DNA from: Polyangiales bacterium
GTDB lineage: Bacteria; Myxococcota_A; Polyangia; Polyangiales; Houyiibacteriaceae
Reading direction: 5' to 3'
Assembly (NCBI GenBank): GCA_045106895.1
Contig: JBGCFM010000069.1
Coordinates: forward strand, 25,930-89,929
Length of the DNA: 64,000 nucleotides
A program made the position numbers and the translations under genes. Positions 49,214-58,828 of this stretch are shown piece after piece (position 1 is the first letter of the stretch; every line of letters begins with the position of its first letter). Under the pieces are notes generated by a model. The model was not told the DNA's origin. It did no database searches and was given only the letters and a program-made list of their open reading frames with translations.

Positions 49214-52192
49214 ATGCGTGCCTACCCCCATTGCATCTTGATCTTGGCTGCCCTTTTCGTCGTGGCCTCCTCAGCCATCGCTCAGGATACCGGCGTCACA
49301 GACGCCGGAGCGCCCGACGCAGGCGACGAGAGCGGCGAAAGCGATGCGGGATTAGACGGGGAGGCTTCACCAAGCGAGCCGAACCAAACCGTCACAAACG
49401 AAGCCGTCACCACAGCTCAAGATGAACCCGAGGAAGAGCCGCTACCGCCAGGCGCGGACCGCGCCACCGGCATTCGTGGACGTGTCATCGACTCCGCCAC
49501 GAGTCAGCCGCTGCCGATGGCACCGGTCATCGCTCAAGGACAGAGTGGAACCCACTCGGCGCTCACCGAAGAAGACGGTTCGTATCGCCTGTTTTTGCCG
49601 CCGGGGCGCTATGTGCTTCGCAGCTACTACGACCTCTATCACGGCGCATCGTTTCCTCGCGTCCGTGTCCTTCGAGGGCGCTTTACGGAGCGCACCCTCG
49701 TTCTCGATGCCCTCAACGAAGAGGCCGAGGTCGCAGTCGACGAAGTGGAGGTGACGTACCGCGCTGACGCATCGGGGGCCGCAGCGACTCAAGCGCTTCA
49801 GCAAGAAGCCGCCGGTGTACAGGACCTCGCCAGCGCAGAGGCTCTTAGTGAAGCCGGCGCGAGTGATGCGTCCGATGGTGCTCGTCAGGTGGCCGGCGTC
49901 ACCATCAGTAACAACCAGCCGATCATTCGCGGCCTCGGTGGTCAGTTCGTCGCCGTTCTCCTCAACGGCACCCCGGTGCCGAGTACCGACCCAGATCGCC
50001 CGGGCGTCGACCTCGACCTCTTCCCGACGTCGATCATTCAGAACCTCGCGGTGCTCAAGACCATGACCTCCGACATGACGGCTTCGTGGGCCGGCGGCGT
50101 CGTGGACATTCGCACGGTGCAGTTCCCGCGGGAGTTTACCCTGGAGCTCGGTCTCAGCGGCGGCGTCAACACGCTCACCACCTTCCAACAACAGCTCGAC
50201 TACGACGGCGGAAGTGCGGACTTTACGGGATTCGACACCTCGCGAAGTCTCCCGTCGACGGTTCCAAACCGTCGACTTCAGCTTACCCGTGGCGGGGATC
50301 TGACAGCCGACGAGATCAACGGCATCGGCGCATCCTTCGAAAACGAGTGGCAGTACCGGCGAGAGACGGCGCTTCCGAACATGGGCTTCGGCGCTACTCT
50401 CGGGAACTCCCACAGCCTTGGGGCAGGGCGCCGGTTCGGCTACCTCCTTACACTCGGGTACGCGAACGAGCAAAGGCGCGAGGTGGGCACCAATCGCTCA
50501 CGGCCCACGGTTTTGCCCGACGGGACACTCGGCGTCTTCAACGACTTTGACGCCGAGAGCGGCGTGGATGAGGTCGGCGTCAACGTGCTTGGAACGGCGT
50601 CGGTGGATCTGACGGACAGCTCATTGAGCTTTCTTTCCATCTTCAATCGTTCCACGTCGGACGAGGTGGAACGACTCATCGGCACCAGTGCGGAGCTCGC
50701 CGCGGGCGAAGTCACCGAACGATGGCAGCTACGTTATACGGCGCGTACCTTGTTCTTCTCGCAGCTCCGCGGCGACCACCGCAACCTTGGGCGAAGCGAC
50801 GAGCTTCGCCTCCGGTGGTCTGCGTATGCTGGACTCGGTCGACGGGACGAGCCTGACCGTCGCACCGTCGTTTATGGACCTCAAGGGGGAGGTTTTCGTT
50901 GGCTGGAAAAAGCCAGCTCGGGGGAACGCTTCTTTAGTGACCTCGATCAGCGCGATGCCGGCGCGAACGTGAGTCTTCGCTTTCCGCTCTGGTCGCTTCC
51001 CGCGGGCGAAGCGCGCGGCACCGTCGGCGGGGGCTACGGCCGCATGGACCGAAGCCTGATCAATCGGCGTTTTCGCATGCTCCAGGAACAACCGCCGCCG
51101 CCGGACCAGACGGTGTACGCCCAGCACGTCGAGGACCTCTTCTCTTCGGCGAACTTGGGGGAGCTCACACGTTTTCGAGAGTTCACGAGCGCGACGGATA
51201 GCTACGAGGCGAACCAGTCTCTGTACTCGCTCTTTGCGAACCTCGAGACGCCCATCGCAGGAGCGCTCTCCCTCGTCGTAGGCGGCCGACTTGAGGTCTT
51301 CGAACAGAGCGTGGCGAGTTCGGATCCTTTCTCCGAAGAAGCGCCGGACCCGGCGATGGCCACGGACCGCGTCGATATCGATGTGCTCCCCGCGGCGTCT
51401 CTGAAGTACGCCTTGCGCGACGACATGAACCTTCGCGCGGCGTACTCGATGACCGTCGTTCGGCCGCAGATTCGGCAGCTGGCGCCCTACCAGTACTACG
51501 ACTTTCAGCGCGACCGAAACCTCATCGGCAACCCCAACCTCGAGCGGATGCGTGTGCAGAATGCCGACCTGCGTTGGGAGTGGTTCTTCTCGGAGAGCGA
51601 GCGCGTCACCTTCTCCGTGTTCTACAAGCAGCTTAACGATTTTATCTACCCGCAGATTCGAGATCCGTCGACGTTTGCGACGCAGATGATCAACGCCGAT
51701 GAAGGCTACGTCGTTGGCGGAGAGGTCGAACTCGCCTTCGACTTTGAAAGAGTGCACAGCGCTCTTTCGGACTTTTCGTTCTACGGAAACTTCACCTTGG
51801 TGCACTCCAACTTGACCCTCCCGGAAGAGCTCTCCGGCGCCGTCGCCGACGAGATTCGAATCCCGGGCCAAGCTCCGTACGTCGTGAATCTGTCACTTCG
51901 TTATGACGGTGATGGCACGGCCTTCGCCGCAGCTCTGTCCTACAACGTCGTTGGCAGCCGAATCACCGACGTGGGCGTTCTAAACGCCGGGACGCTGCTT
52001 CCAAACATCGAGCAAAGCCCGTTCCATCGTCTCGATTTTGTCGCCAGTTACGAACCGCTCGAACGGCTCAAAATCAAACTCAAGTGCAGGAACCTGCTCT
52101 TCCAAACGCAGCGCTACCGGATGGGTGAGTTCATCGAACGAACTGTCCGCCCGGGAGCTTCATTTCAGCTCGGCCTCGAGTACTCCTACTAA
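49214..52192 (+). CDS. TonB-dependent receptor with N-terminal carboxypeptidase-regulatory-like domain
   Basis: Signal peptide; GRVID..DGSYRL; plug IIRGLG..LNG.PVPSTDPDR..VDLDLFP; GNPNL, DLRWEWF; C-terminal aromatic strand LEYSY. Confidence 0.93.
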   Translation: MRAYPHCILILAALFVVASSAIAQDTGVTDAGAPDAGDESGESDAGLDGEASPSEPNQTVTNEAVTTAQDEPEEEPLPPGADRATGIRGRVIDSATSQPLPMAPVIAQGQSGTHSALTEEDGSYRLFLPPGRYVLRSYYDLYHGASFPRVRVLRGRFTERTLVLDALNEEAEVAVDEVEVTYRADASGAAATQALQQEAAGVQDLASAEALSEAGASDASDGARQVAGVTISNNQPIIRGLGGQFVAVLLNGTPVPSTDPDRPGVDLDLFPTSIIQNLAVLKTMTSDMTASWAGGVVDIRTVQFPREFTLELGLSGGVNTLTTFQQQLDYDGGSADFTGFDTSRSLPSTVPNRRLQLTRGGDLTADEINGIGASFENEWQYRRETALPNMGFGATLGNSHSLGAGRRFGYLLTLGYANEQRREVGTNRSRPTVLPDGTLGVFNDFDAESGVDEVGVNVLGTASVDLTDSSLSFLSIFNRSTSDEVERLIGTSAELAAGEVTERWQLRYTARTLFFSQLRGDHRNLGRSDELRLRWSAYAGLGRRDEPDRRTVVYGPQGGGFRWLEKASSGERFFSDLDQRDAGANVSLRFPLWSLPAGEARGTVGGGYGRMDRSLINRRFRMLQEQPPPPDQTVYAQHVEDLFSSANLGELTRFREFTSATDSYEANQSLYSLFANLETPIAGALSLVVGGRLEVFEQSVASSDPFSEEAPDPAMATDRVDIDVLPAASLKYALRDDMNLRAAYSMTVVRPQIRQLAPYQYYDFQRDRNLIGNPNLERMRVQNADLRWEWFFSESERVTFSVFYKQLNDFIYPQIRDPSTFATQMINADEGYVVGGEVELAFDFERVHSALSDFSFYGNFTLVHSNLTLPEELSGAVADEIRIPGQAPYVVNLSLRYDGDGTAFAAALSYNVVGSRITDVGVLNAGTLLPNIEQSPFHRLDFVASYEPLERLKIKLKCRNLLFQTQRYRMGEFIERTVRPGASFQLGLEYSY

Positions 52193-52210
52193 CGTTAGAA
52201 AGACCAACTC

Positions 52211-53557
52211 ATGAATCGCTTTCTTCTATCTTCGCTCCTTCTCTCCATGGCCCTCGGCGCTTGCGGAGACGATGACACTCCAGCGACGGATTCGGGCCCC
52301 GGAACCGATGCTGCCGTCGACTCTGGGCCCACCACTTGTCCCGATGGCGACGTAGTGGTCAGCGGCAGCATCGACTCCGACACCACCTGGTCCTGCTCGA
52401 GCTACTTGCTTCAAGGAATCGTATTTGTGACGGGCAACTCGACGCTGAGCATCGACCCCGGCGTGCAGATCTTCGGCGATTCCGGGACGCCCTTCTCCAG
52501 TCTCATCGTGACGCGCGGCTCGCAGCTCAACGCCGTCGGCACCGCGGAGATGCCCATCGTCTTCTCGTCGGGCAATGCTGAGGGGGCTCGAGCCTCCGGC
52601 GACTGGGCGGGCGTTGCGCTCCTCGGAAATGCAACCATCAACAACGGCGCGGACAACGGAGGCGTTCTCGAAGGCCGCCTGGAAGGAGTCGACGCTAGCG
52701 ACGAGCGCGCCATCTTCGGCGGCGACGATGACGCAAGCGACTGCGGCACGCTCAACTACGTGCGCATCGAGTTTGCGGGTGCCGAACTTTCGCCGGACAA
52801 CGAGCTCAACGGCCTCACCGTCGCGGGGTGTGGAACGGGGACCGAGATCAGCTACGTCCAGGTGCACCGAGGCAAGGACGACGGCATCGAGTTCTTTGGC
52901 GGTACCACGGGCATGGACCACGTCATCATCACCGGCGCCTCCGACGACTCGCTGGACTTTGACCTAGGCTGGCGTGGCGCGGTTCAGTACCTCATCGTTC
53001 ACCAATACCCAGGCATTGGCGACAACGGCATCGAGGGTGACAACTTAGGCAGCGACGAAGCCGCTCTGCCTCGGACGAACCCAACGCTCTTCAACGCGAC
53101 GTTTATCGGTACGCCGGACACGCGCGGCATGGTGCTGCGCGAAGGCGCCCAAGGAATGTTGCGCAACTTCATCATTCAAGACTTCGGCGGTGAGGCCGTG
53201 GACCTTCGGGCTGAGACGGTTCTGCTCAACGATGAGTGGCCAGGGAATCTCTCTATCGAGAACAGCTTCTTCTTCGGCAACGGAGCATACGCCACCGAAG
53301 CCGGCGAAGAGGACGACGACATGGGCTTCATGGAGCAGGCGATGATCGAAGACGCGGCTCGCATGAACGTCCTGGACCAAGACCCTGGCGTCGGCAGCAC
53401 GTCGGTGACCCACCCCAACTATGTTCCTACAAGCGACATGCTTACGGGCCAAGCGACTCCTCCGGCGGGGCTTGACGCTGCGGGCACATTCGCCGGCGCC
53501 ATTGCGCCAAACGGAACCGACTGGACCGCTGGCTGGACGGCGTACCCAGAGAATTGA
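52211..53557 (+). CDS. Acidic lipoprotein, probable beta-helix, partner of the TBDR
   Basis: Lipobox ALGAC; LIVTRGSQLNAVGT..PIVFSS, GDWAG, YVRIEFAG, NELNGLT, DDGIEFFGG, DDSLDFD; ends DWTAGWT. Confidence 0.8.
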   Translation: MNRFLLSSLLLSMALGACGDDDTPATDSGPGTDAAVDSGPTTCPDGDVVVSGSIDSDTTWSCSSYLLQGIVFVTGNSTLSIDPGVQIFGDSGTPFSSLIVTRGSQLNAVGTAEMPIVFSSGNAEGARASGDWAGVALLGNATINNGADNGGVLEGRLEGVDASDERAIFGGDDDASDCGTLNYVRIEFAGAELSPDNELNGLTVAGCGTGTEISYVQVHRGKDDGIEFFGGTTGMDHVIITGASDDSLDFDLGWRGAVQYLIVHQYPGIGDNGIEGDNLGSDEAALPRTNPTLFNATFIGTPDTRGMVLREGAQGMLRNFIIQDFGGEAVDLRAETVLLNDEWPGNLSIENSFFFGNGAYATEAGEEDDDMGFMEQAMIEDAARMNVLDQDPGVGSTSVTHPNYVPTSDMLTGQATPPAGLDAAGTFAGAIAPNGTDWTAGWTAYPEN

Positions 53558-53568
53558 CGGATTGTTCC

Positions 53569-53586
53569 GTGACAGCTCTGTGACGG
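53569..53586 (-). promoter_or_regulatory. Pho-box-like direct repeat (CCGTCAC-AGAG-CTGTCAC on the minus strand)
   Basis: Two 7-mers at 11-bp spacing resembling the PhoB box CTGTCAT-N4-CTGTCAY; intergenic, before the porin gene. Confidence 0.55.
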
Positions 53587-53650
53587 CGATGGCTTCGCCG
53601 TTGCAGGCTCGTTGCTTTTGTCGCGGCCAGAGTTGTGCGAACTACGGGGC

Positions 53651-55183
53651 GTGAAGCAGAAATACCTTCTCGCGCTGTTCGCAACGGCACTCTCGGTTCC
53701 TTGGATGACCAACCCGGCGGTTGGGCAGGATGTGTCGATTACGGCGCCGAGCGAGGCGCAAGCGGACACTGACGACACTTCTGAGGTCGGTGCCGTCGAG
53801 CCCGCTGAAGTTGAAAATGGCGAACGTGTCGAAACCACAGCGGCCGTCGAGGTGGGGACCGACGTGGAAGCGGAGCCGAGCAGCAATCCTGCGCCAAGCC
53901 CTTTGACCACGGACGTATCCGTCGTCGAACCAGTTGCTGCGCCGGAGCCAGCGGCGCAAACGGCGCCCACCGAAGAACTCGATGGTGTTGAAGAGGAAGA
54001 CCTGCTCCCACCCGGCGAAGCCGAGATGATGGGCGCGCACGAGGTCGAGTCCACCGCCATTCGTTTTGTGCCGGGCAAAGGCCTGGAGCTTACGAGCGCC
54101 GACGGCCGTTTCCGCCTGCAGACACGTGTTCGCGCTCAGTTCCGCTGGACGCTCGCCGATACGGGCGACGATTGGGCACAGCGCTTTCGTATTCGTCGGG
54201 CCCGCGTCGTGTTCAGTGGCAACACGTTTCACCGCGACGTTCGATACAAGTTCGAGCTAGCGTTCTCGCCCAACGATGTCGGCATTCGCGATGACTTCGA
54301 CGATGACGCAACCGACCGCCTGCCGACCCTGTCTCCGCTCCTCGATTTCTACATCGACTTTCGCCAGCTGCGCGACTTTCAGGTTCGCGTGGGTCAGTCC
54401 AAGATCTTCTCGAATCGCCAGCGCGTGATCTCGTCGGGGAACCTGCAGCTCGTCGACCGCGCGCTTCTCAACTCCGAGTTCACGCTGGATCGCGACATTG
54501 GCGTCGACATCCGTTCCCGCGACTTTCTCGGGCTCGACATGCTGCGCTACTACGCGGGCGTCTTCATCGCTCGTGGACGAGACAGCCAGGGGTTCGACGA
54601 CTTTGGCATGATGTACCTCGCGCGCCTTGAGTACCTGCCGCTGGGAATGTTCAACGACTACAGCGAGTCCGACTTTGAGCGCGGAGGCGCACGCCTCTCC
54701 ATCGGGGCTGGTTATGGCTACATCGATCGGGCGCGTGGCGATCGCGGTATCCGGGGCAGCGCTCCCGCAGACGGCGGAACAACGGACACACAGCACGTCT
54801 TCGTCGACGCGCTCTTCAAGTGGCAGGGCTTCTCGGCCCTCGCCGAGTTTGCCTGGCGAACCGGGAGCCGTAATCCCGGAGAGGCCGTCGACGAGATGGG
54901 CAACATGATCCCCGTGGCTGGGACTCGCGACGGAATCGGCTTGAACCTCCAAGCGGGCTATCTGCTGCCGAATCTTCCCGTCGAAATCGCCGCCCGTTAT
55001 GGCCTGATTCGCGGCCTTGGCGACGATACGGCGCTGAGCGATCGCAACGAGCTCGTCATCGGCGCCAGCTACTACATCGCCCGACATCCCTACAAATTGC
55101 AGATGGATTACACCCGTTTATGGGGGGATTCGTTCGGAGAAGGGGCCAATCAGCTCCGTGTTCAGCTCCAAGTCTCACTGTGA
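53651..55183 (+). CDS. Phosphate-selective porin OprO/OprP-like
   Basis: Signal peptide, acidic linker, FRIRRARV, VRVGQSK, RQRVISSGNLQLVDR, DRDIG, C-terminal RVQLQVSL. Confidence 0.75.
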   Translation: MKQKYLLALFATALSVPWMTNPAVGQDVSITAPSEAQADTDDTSEVGAVEPAEVENGERVETTAAVEVGTDVEAEPSSNPAPSPLTTDVSVVEPVAAPEPAAQTAPTEELDGVEEEDLLPPGEAEMMGAHEVESTAIRFVPGKGLELTSADGRFRLQTRVRAQFRWTLADTGDDWAQRFRIRRARVVFSGNTFHRDVRYKFELAFSPNDVGIRDDFDDDATDRLPTLSPLLDFYIDFRQLRDFQVRVGQSKIFSNRQRVISSGNLQLVDRALLNSEFTLDRDIGVDIRSRDFLGLDMLRYYAGVFIARGRDSQGFDDFGMMYLARLEYLPLGMFNDYSESDFERGGARLSIGAGYGYIDRARGDRGIRGSAPADGGTTDTQHVFVDALFKWQGFSALAEFAWRTGSRNPGEAVDEMGNMIPVAGTRDGIGLNLQAGYLLPNLPVEIAARYGLIRGLGDDTALSDRNELVIGASYYIARHPYKLQMDYTRLWGDSFGEGANQLRVQLQVSL

Positions 55184-55204
55184 CTCTCCACACGCTCTAG
55201 CGCT

Positions 55205-55222
55205 CTGTCACGCATCCGACAC
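55205..55222 (+). promoter_or_regulatory. Pho-box-like direct repeat (CTGTCAC-GCAT-CCGACAC)
   Basis: 11-bp spacing, 44 nt upstream of the PiT-like gene; shares CCG(A/T)CACAGAGCTG with the 53569 site. Confidence 0.55.
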
Positions 55223-55266
55223 AGAGCTGCCTCCTAGCCAACACCAAGCAACCGCAGGGTACCGAC

Positions 55267-56373
55267 GTGACCACTCAAACCGCAGATCTTCCGGCGAGCT
55301 CCCTCAGCACGCGTAGAGCCCCATTCGTTCGGCTCATCGAGAAGGAGAAGCTCTTCCTCGCGATTCTCGCGTCAACGCTGATCCTCATCGGCATCGTCTA
55401 CCCCTACGCGTCCATCGCGCGCTGGATCGGGTTCGCCATCGCCGGCTACTCCGCCGTCGCCAACGACAGCGTTCAGACTCTGGGTACCTTCATTGGCTCG
55501 AACCGAGACCGCCCCTGGTGGCATCTCTGGATGTGGATCGGCGGCATCTTCCTGCTGACCGTTGGGTACAGTTGGTACAACTACAGCGGCGACGTCACCT
55601 TCGAGCGCCTCGCGTCGAAGGGCTTCGAGACGACGCCAATGAGCTTCACGTTTCTCCAGGTGGCCGCGCCTCTCGTGCTTTTGGGACTGACGCGCGGCGG
55701 CATTCCTGTTTCCACCACTCTCCTGCTTCTCAGCTGCTTCGCCACGGAGCCTGCGAGCATCGGCAAGGTTCTCACAAAGAGCTTCCTCGGTTACGGCGTC
55801 GCCTTTGGTGTCGCCATCGTGGTCTGGCTCTCCGTGTCCAAGATGATCGACCGCTGGCAGCAGGGCCCGCCGGCGAAGGCCTGGCGCGTCGCGCAGTGGG
55901 GCACGACGGGTGTTCTCTGGTCCGTGTGGCTCATGCAGGACATGTCCAACGTGGCGGTCTTCCTTCCACGCTCCCTCTCAGTCATCGAGCTCTTGGCTTT
56001 CGCCGGCGTCATCTTCTTCGGCCTCGGCTTCATGTTCAAGATGGGCGGCGAGCGCGTTCAGAAAATCGTCGACGAGAAAGCCCGCGTCACCGACGTTCGT
56101 GCAGCCACCATCGTGGACCTCGTCTACGCCGTTGTCCTTTACGTGTTCAAGATGGAATCGAACATTCCAATGAGCACGACGTGGGTCTTTATCGGGCTCC
56201 TCGCGGGTCGCGAAATCGCGATGACCCTTCGCGGCGCCAGCGGCGGCACCAAGCTGAAGCACGCGTTCCGATTGGCGGGCAAGGACCTCTTCTACGTCAC
56301 CATCGGCCTGGTTATCTCCGTGGCCATCGCCTTCGCGGCCAACGCTTCTCTCGCTCAGTCCCTCACGGAGTAA
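55267..56373 (+). CDS. Multi-pass membrane protein, distant PiT/PHO4 phosphate-transporter-like
   Basis: About 10 TM segments; internal duplication of PiT-like motifs VANDS / MQDMSN and GIPVSTT / IPMSTT. Confidence 0.6.
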   Translation: MTTQTADLPASSLSTRRAPFVRLIEKEKLFLAILASTLILIGIVYPYASIARWIGFAIAGYSAVANDSVQTLGTFIGSNRDRPWWHLWMWIGGIFLLTVGYSWYNYSGDVTFERLASKGFETTPMSFTFLQVAAPLVLLGLTRGGIPVSTTLLLLSCFATEPASIGKVLTKSFLGYGVAFGVAIVVWLSVSKMIDRWQQGPPAKAWRVAQWGTTGVLWSVWLMQDMSNVAVFLPRSLSVIELLAFAGVIFFGLGFMFKMGGERVQKIVDEKARVTDVRAATIVDLVYAVVLYVFKMESNIPMSTTWVFIGLLAGREIAMTLRGASGGTKLKHAFRLAGKDLFYVTIGLVISVAIAFAANASLAQSLTE

Positions 56374-56395
56374 CTCAGCTCACTTTGCGAACTCT

Positions 56396-56425
56396 CGCCG
56401 AGGTCCCATGGGCCTCGGCGTTTTC
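56396..56425 (+). terminator. Intrinsic terminator after the PiT-like gene
   Basis: CGCCGAGGTCC-CAT-GGGCCTCGGCG hairpin followed by TTTTC. Confidence 0.65.
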
Positions 56426-56455
56426 AATTCTGCGGCGCCGTAAGGATGCCGTGGA

Positions 56456-57037
56456 TCAAGTCAGCGTTCTTTCGATGGGGAAGGGGGCTTCGTAATACAC
56501 GTCGCTACGCATTGCGTACTTGCGGCCACGGGTGACCTCGCAGCCCTCGTGGCGAACTTTGTGTTGGAAGACCGCTACGCTGCCGGCGCGCGGAACGACG
56601 GTCTCCTCAAGCTGCTCCATGAACTTGGTCTCGCCTCCGTCGAAGTCACCGTTGAAGTATGCGAGCACCGTCAACAGCGTGATGCGTGTTTCACTCGGCT
56701 GATACCAGTGGTCCATGTGCGGCGCGAAACGTTGGCCGGGTTGATAGCGGTAGAAACGTAGACGTTCGTTGAGTCCCGCGAGGCGAAGCTCGCCCATGCT
56801 CTCTGGAAGGTGAGGGCGAAGTCGCCGAAAGAGCTCAGCGCTCATCTCCCCATCGTCGCGGATTACGCGATCTTGGTCGCGATACATCGGGTTGTTCGTC
56901 GCGAGTTTTGGCGCCCAGCGTTCGATGTTGCGCGTCATCATTTTGCACTCATCTTCTGAGTACACCTCGTCCACGACCCAAAGGAGTGAGTGCTCTTCAA
57001 AGCGCATCGGAACGGACGTGGTGCTCATGTGCGTCAT
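56456..57037 (-). CDS. 2OG-Fe(II) oxygenase (prolyl-4-hydroxylase-like); start uncertain
   Basis: GLNERLRFYRY, FAPHMD (HxD), YFN..FDGGETKF, HEG, KYAMRSDV. Confidence 0.88.
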   Translation of the reverse strand: MTHMSTTSVPMRFEEHSLLWVVDEVYSEDECKMMTRNIERWAPKLATNNPMYRDQDRVIRDDGEMSAELFRRLRPHLPESMGELRLAGLNERLRFYRYQPGQRFAPHMDHWYQPSETRITLLTVLAYFNGDFDGGETKFMEQLEETVVPRAGSVAVFQHKVRHEGCEVTRGRKYAMRSDVYYEAPFPIERTLT

Positions 57038-57153
57038 GGTAGGTGAAGTGCTACCCGGTGCAGCTTTTTTGACGCCGATCGCCGCGCCAGGCACTCCTTG
57101 AGTACGCCAGGGCGATGGCGAAACCCCGCACACCGCGGGAAAAGGGAGACAAC

Positions 57154-57393
57154 ATGGAGCACCGCGAGCAACTCAAGGACACGTTGAAGGATCTTTTGCG
57201 CGAGGTACTCAAGGCTCGTTTCGACGGCGCCGCGTACGCGAAGCTTGCACGAGCGCATGGCTACGCCGACGGCTACATGCGCGCGATGCTGGACTCAGGT
57301 CTGATGGGCCAGAAAGAGCTCCTGAAGCTCGTCGGCGAAGAACGTCGGCGCTTCATCGACGAGGTCCCGGCTTCATCCACCGCGGCGGCTTAG
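57154..57393 (+). CDS. Small hypothetical protein
   Basis: GGGAG RBS; helical 79-aa ORF (AHGYADGYMRAMLDSG). Confidence 0.65.
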   Translation: MEHREQLKDTLKDLLREVLKARFDGAAYAKLARAHGYADGYMRAMLDSGLMGQKELLKLVGEERRRFIDEVPASSTAAA

Positions 57394-57549
57394 CGCCTTC
57401 GTGCGTCACCCAGCGCACGTGCGCTCGGTCGATGCGGCGCTCGTCGGGTGAGACACCCGACGCAGCAATGAGCTTCTGCTGCCCGCTCCATTGTGCGGTG
57501 CAAGAGCGGAGGTCGTGCGTAGAAACCAGATGTACTCTATGCTTCGCGG

Positions 57550-57885
57550 ATGCTTGCTAACGCAGCCGTCTGGCTCGTCATCGTTCTCCATGTCCTCTTC
57601 GCTCTCGGCGAGTCCGTGGGATGGAACGCCATGGCAAAGCGTTTCGGGTACAAGCCTGAGGCCATCGTCGCGACGAAAGTTCTCGCGCTAAACCAAGGAG
57701 CCTACAACGCAGGCTTCGCCGCACTCTTAGCGTGGGCGCTCCTCACCGGCCAAGGCGCTACCGTCATCGCGTTACTCTGCTTCATCATCGCGATGGCAGT
57801 CGTTGGCGCGCTCAGTGTTCGCTGGACCCTCTTCGTCGCTCAAGGCGTTCCGGCTGTCGCAGCACTGGCACTCACGCTTCTCTAG
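57550..57885 (+). CDS. DUF1304-like membrane protein
   Basis: VLH..GE..W, ALNQGAYNAG, FVAQGVPA; four TM segments. Confidence 0.75.
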   Translation: MLANAAVWLVIVLHVLFALGESVGWNAMAKRFGYKPEAIVATKVLALNQGAYNAGFAALLAWALLTGQGATVIALLCFIIAMAVVGALSVRWTLFVAQGVPAVAALALTLL

Positions 57886-57892
57886 GCGGGCT

Positions 57893-58828
57893 CTACCACC
57901 AGACGCGCTCGTCGAACGAGAGGCTTCGTTCGGCTTGGATGCGCGGGAGACTTCTCGGAAAAACGTACACCGGAAAGATGTACCCGAGTAGAAAACCCAC
58001 CGCCGCACCGACAAGAACATCGGAAGCATAGTGTTTGCCGGCGACGAGCCGAAGAACGGATGTGCTTGTGGCGACGCCGAGCCCGGCGATGCACTGGACC
58101 CGCCCGAGTGGCGTTTGTCCGCGAAGCTGTTGGTGCGCGCACATGAGAGACGCTGCTGTAAACGATGTCGAAGCGTGGCCGCTGAAGAATGAACGGTTGA
58201 TGGAGCCGTTCTGGCATCCACCGAACTCAGGGTCGCTTTCGCAGAAGCGCCCGGAAGGGCGCTGTCGCTGTACAGTCCCTTTGACGAGCGCGACGAGTGC
58301 GGTGTTCATCGAGAAGACCAATGAGTCCATCATCAACAAACGGTAGGAGGTGCGAGAGTTGCTTCGGTCGTCGTGCCGCCAGAGGGCCGCGTCGAGGTAG
58401 GTCGCTGCCACCGATGAGAAGAGCAGGGCATCGCTCGCCCGGGCGGCGCGAAGGCGCCCTGTGGGCCCAAGTAAGAGCCCCTCTGCGATGCTGAGATCCA
58501 ATGACCCGACGGACGACCACCTGGGCTCGCTGGTGTCGACGAGGGCGTCGATGGCCAGTCCGACACTGGAGAGCCCGAAGGCTACGATCCACGGCCACCA
58601 GACGAGGTTCTCCCCATCGATGGCGTCGTTGAGCTCGAGGGGGGCATCCGTCCTTGGGGGACGGGGGGCTCCACTTGTCGTGACATCCCGGACGATGTTC
58701 GTCCGTGGCTCTTCCGCTCTCACCTCACTTGGTTCCGCCCCAGCGCGCTCAGGTTGAGCGTGCGCCGAGGCGGCCGAGCTGACGACAAATAGTGCGAGCG
58801 TGTGAGCCGTGAATCGCTGTGCCGTCAA
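57893..58828 (-). CDS. PAP2-family phosphatase with signal peptide
   Basis: KGTVQRQRP, SFFSGHAS, LRLVAGKHYASDV motifs intact; TTG start overlaps the upstream gene's TGA (TTGA). Confidence 0.88.
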   Translation of the reverse strand: MTAQRFTAHTLALFVVSSAASAHAQPERAGAEPSEVRAEEPRTNIVRDVTTSGAPRPPRTDAPLELNDAIDGENLVWWPWIVAFGLSSVGLAIDALVDTSEPRWSSVGSLDLSIAEGLLLGPTGRLRAARASDALLFSSVAATYLDAALWRHDDRSNSRTSYRLLMMDSLVFSMNTALVALVKGTVQRQRPSGRFCESDPEFGGCQNGSINRSFFSGHASTSFTAASLMCAHQQLRGQTPLGRVQCIAGLGVATSTSVLRLVAGKHYASDVLVGAAVGFLLGYIFPVYVFPRSLPRIQAERSLSFDERVWW

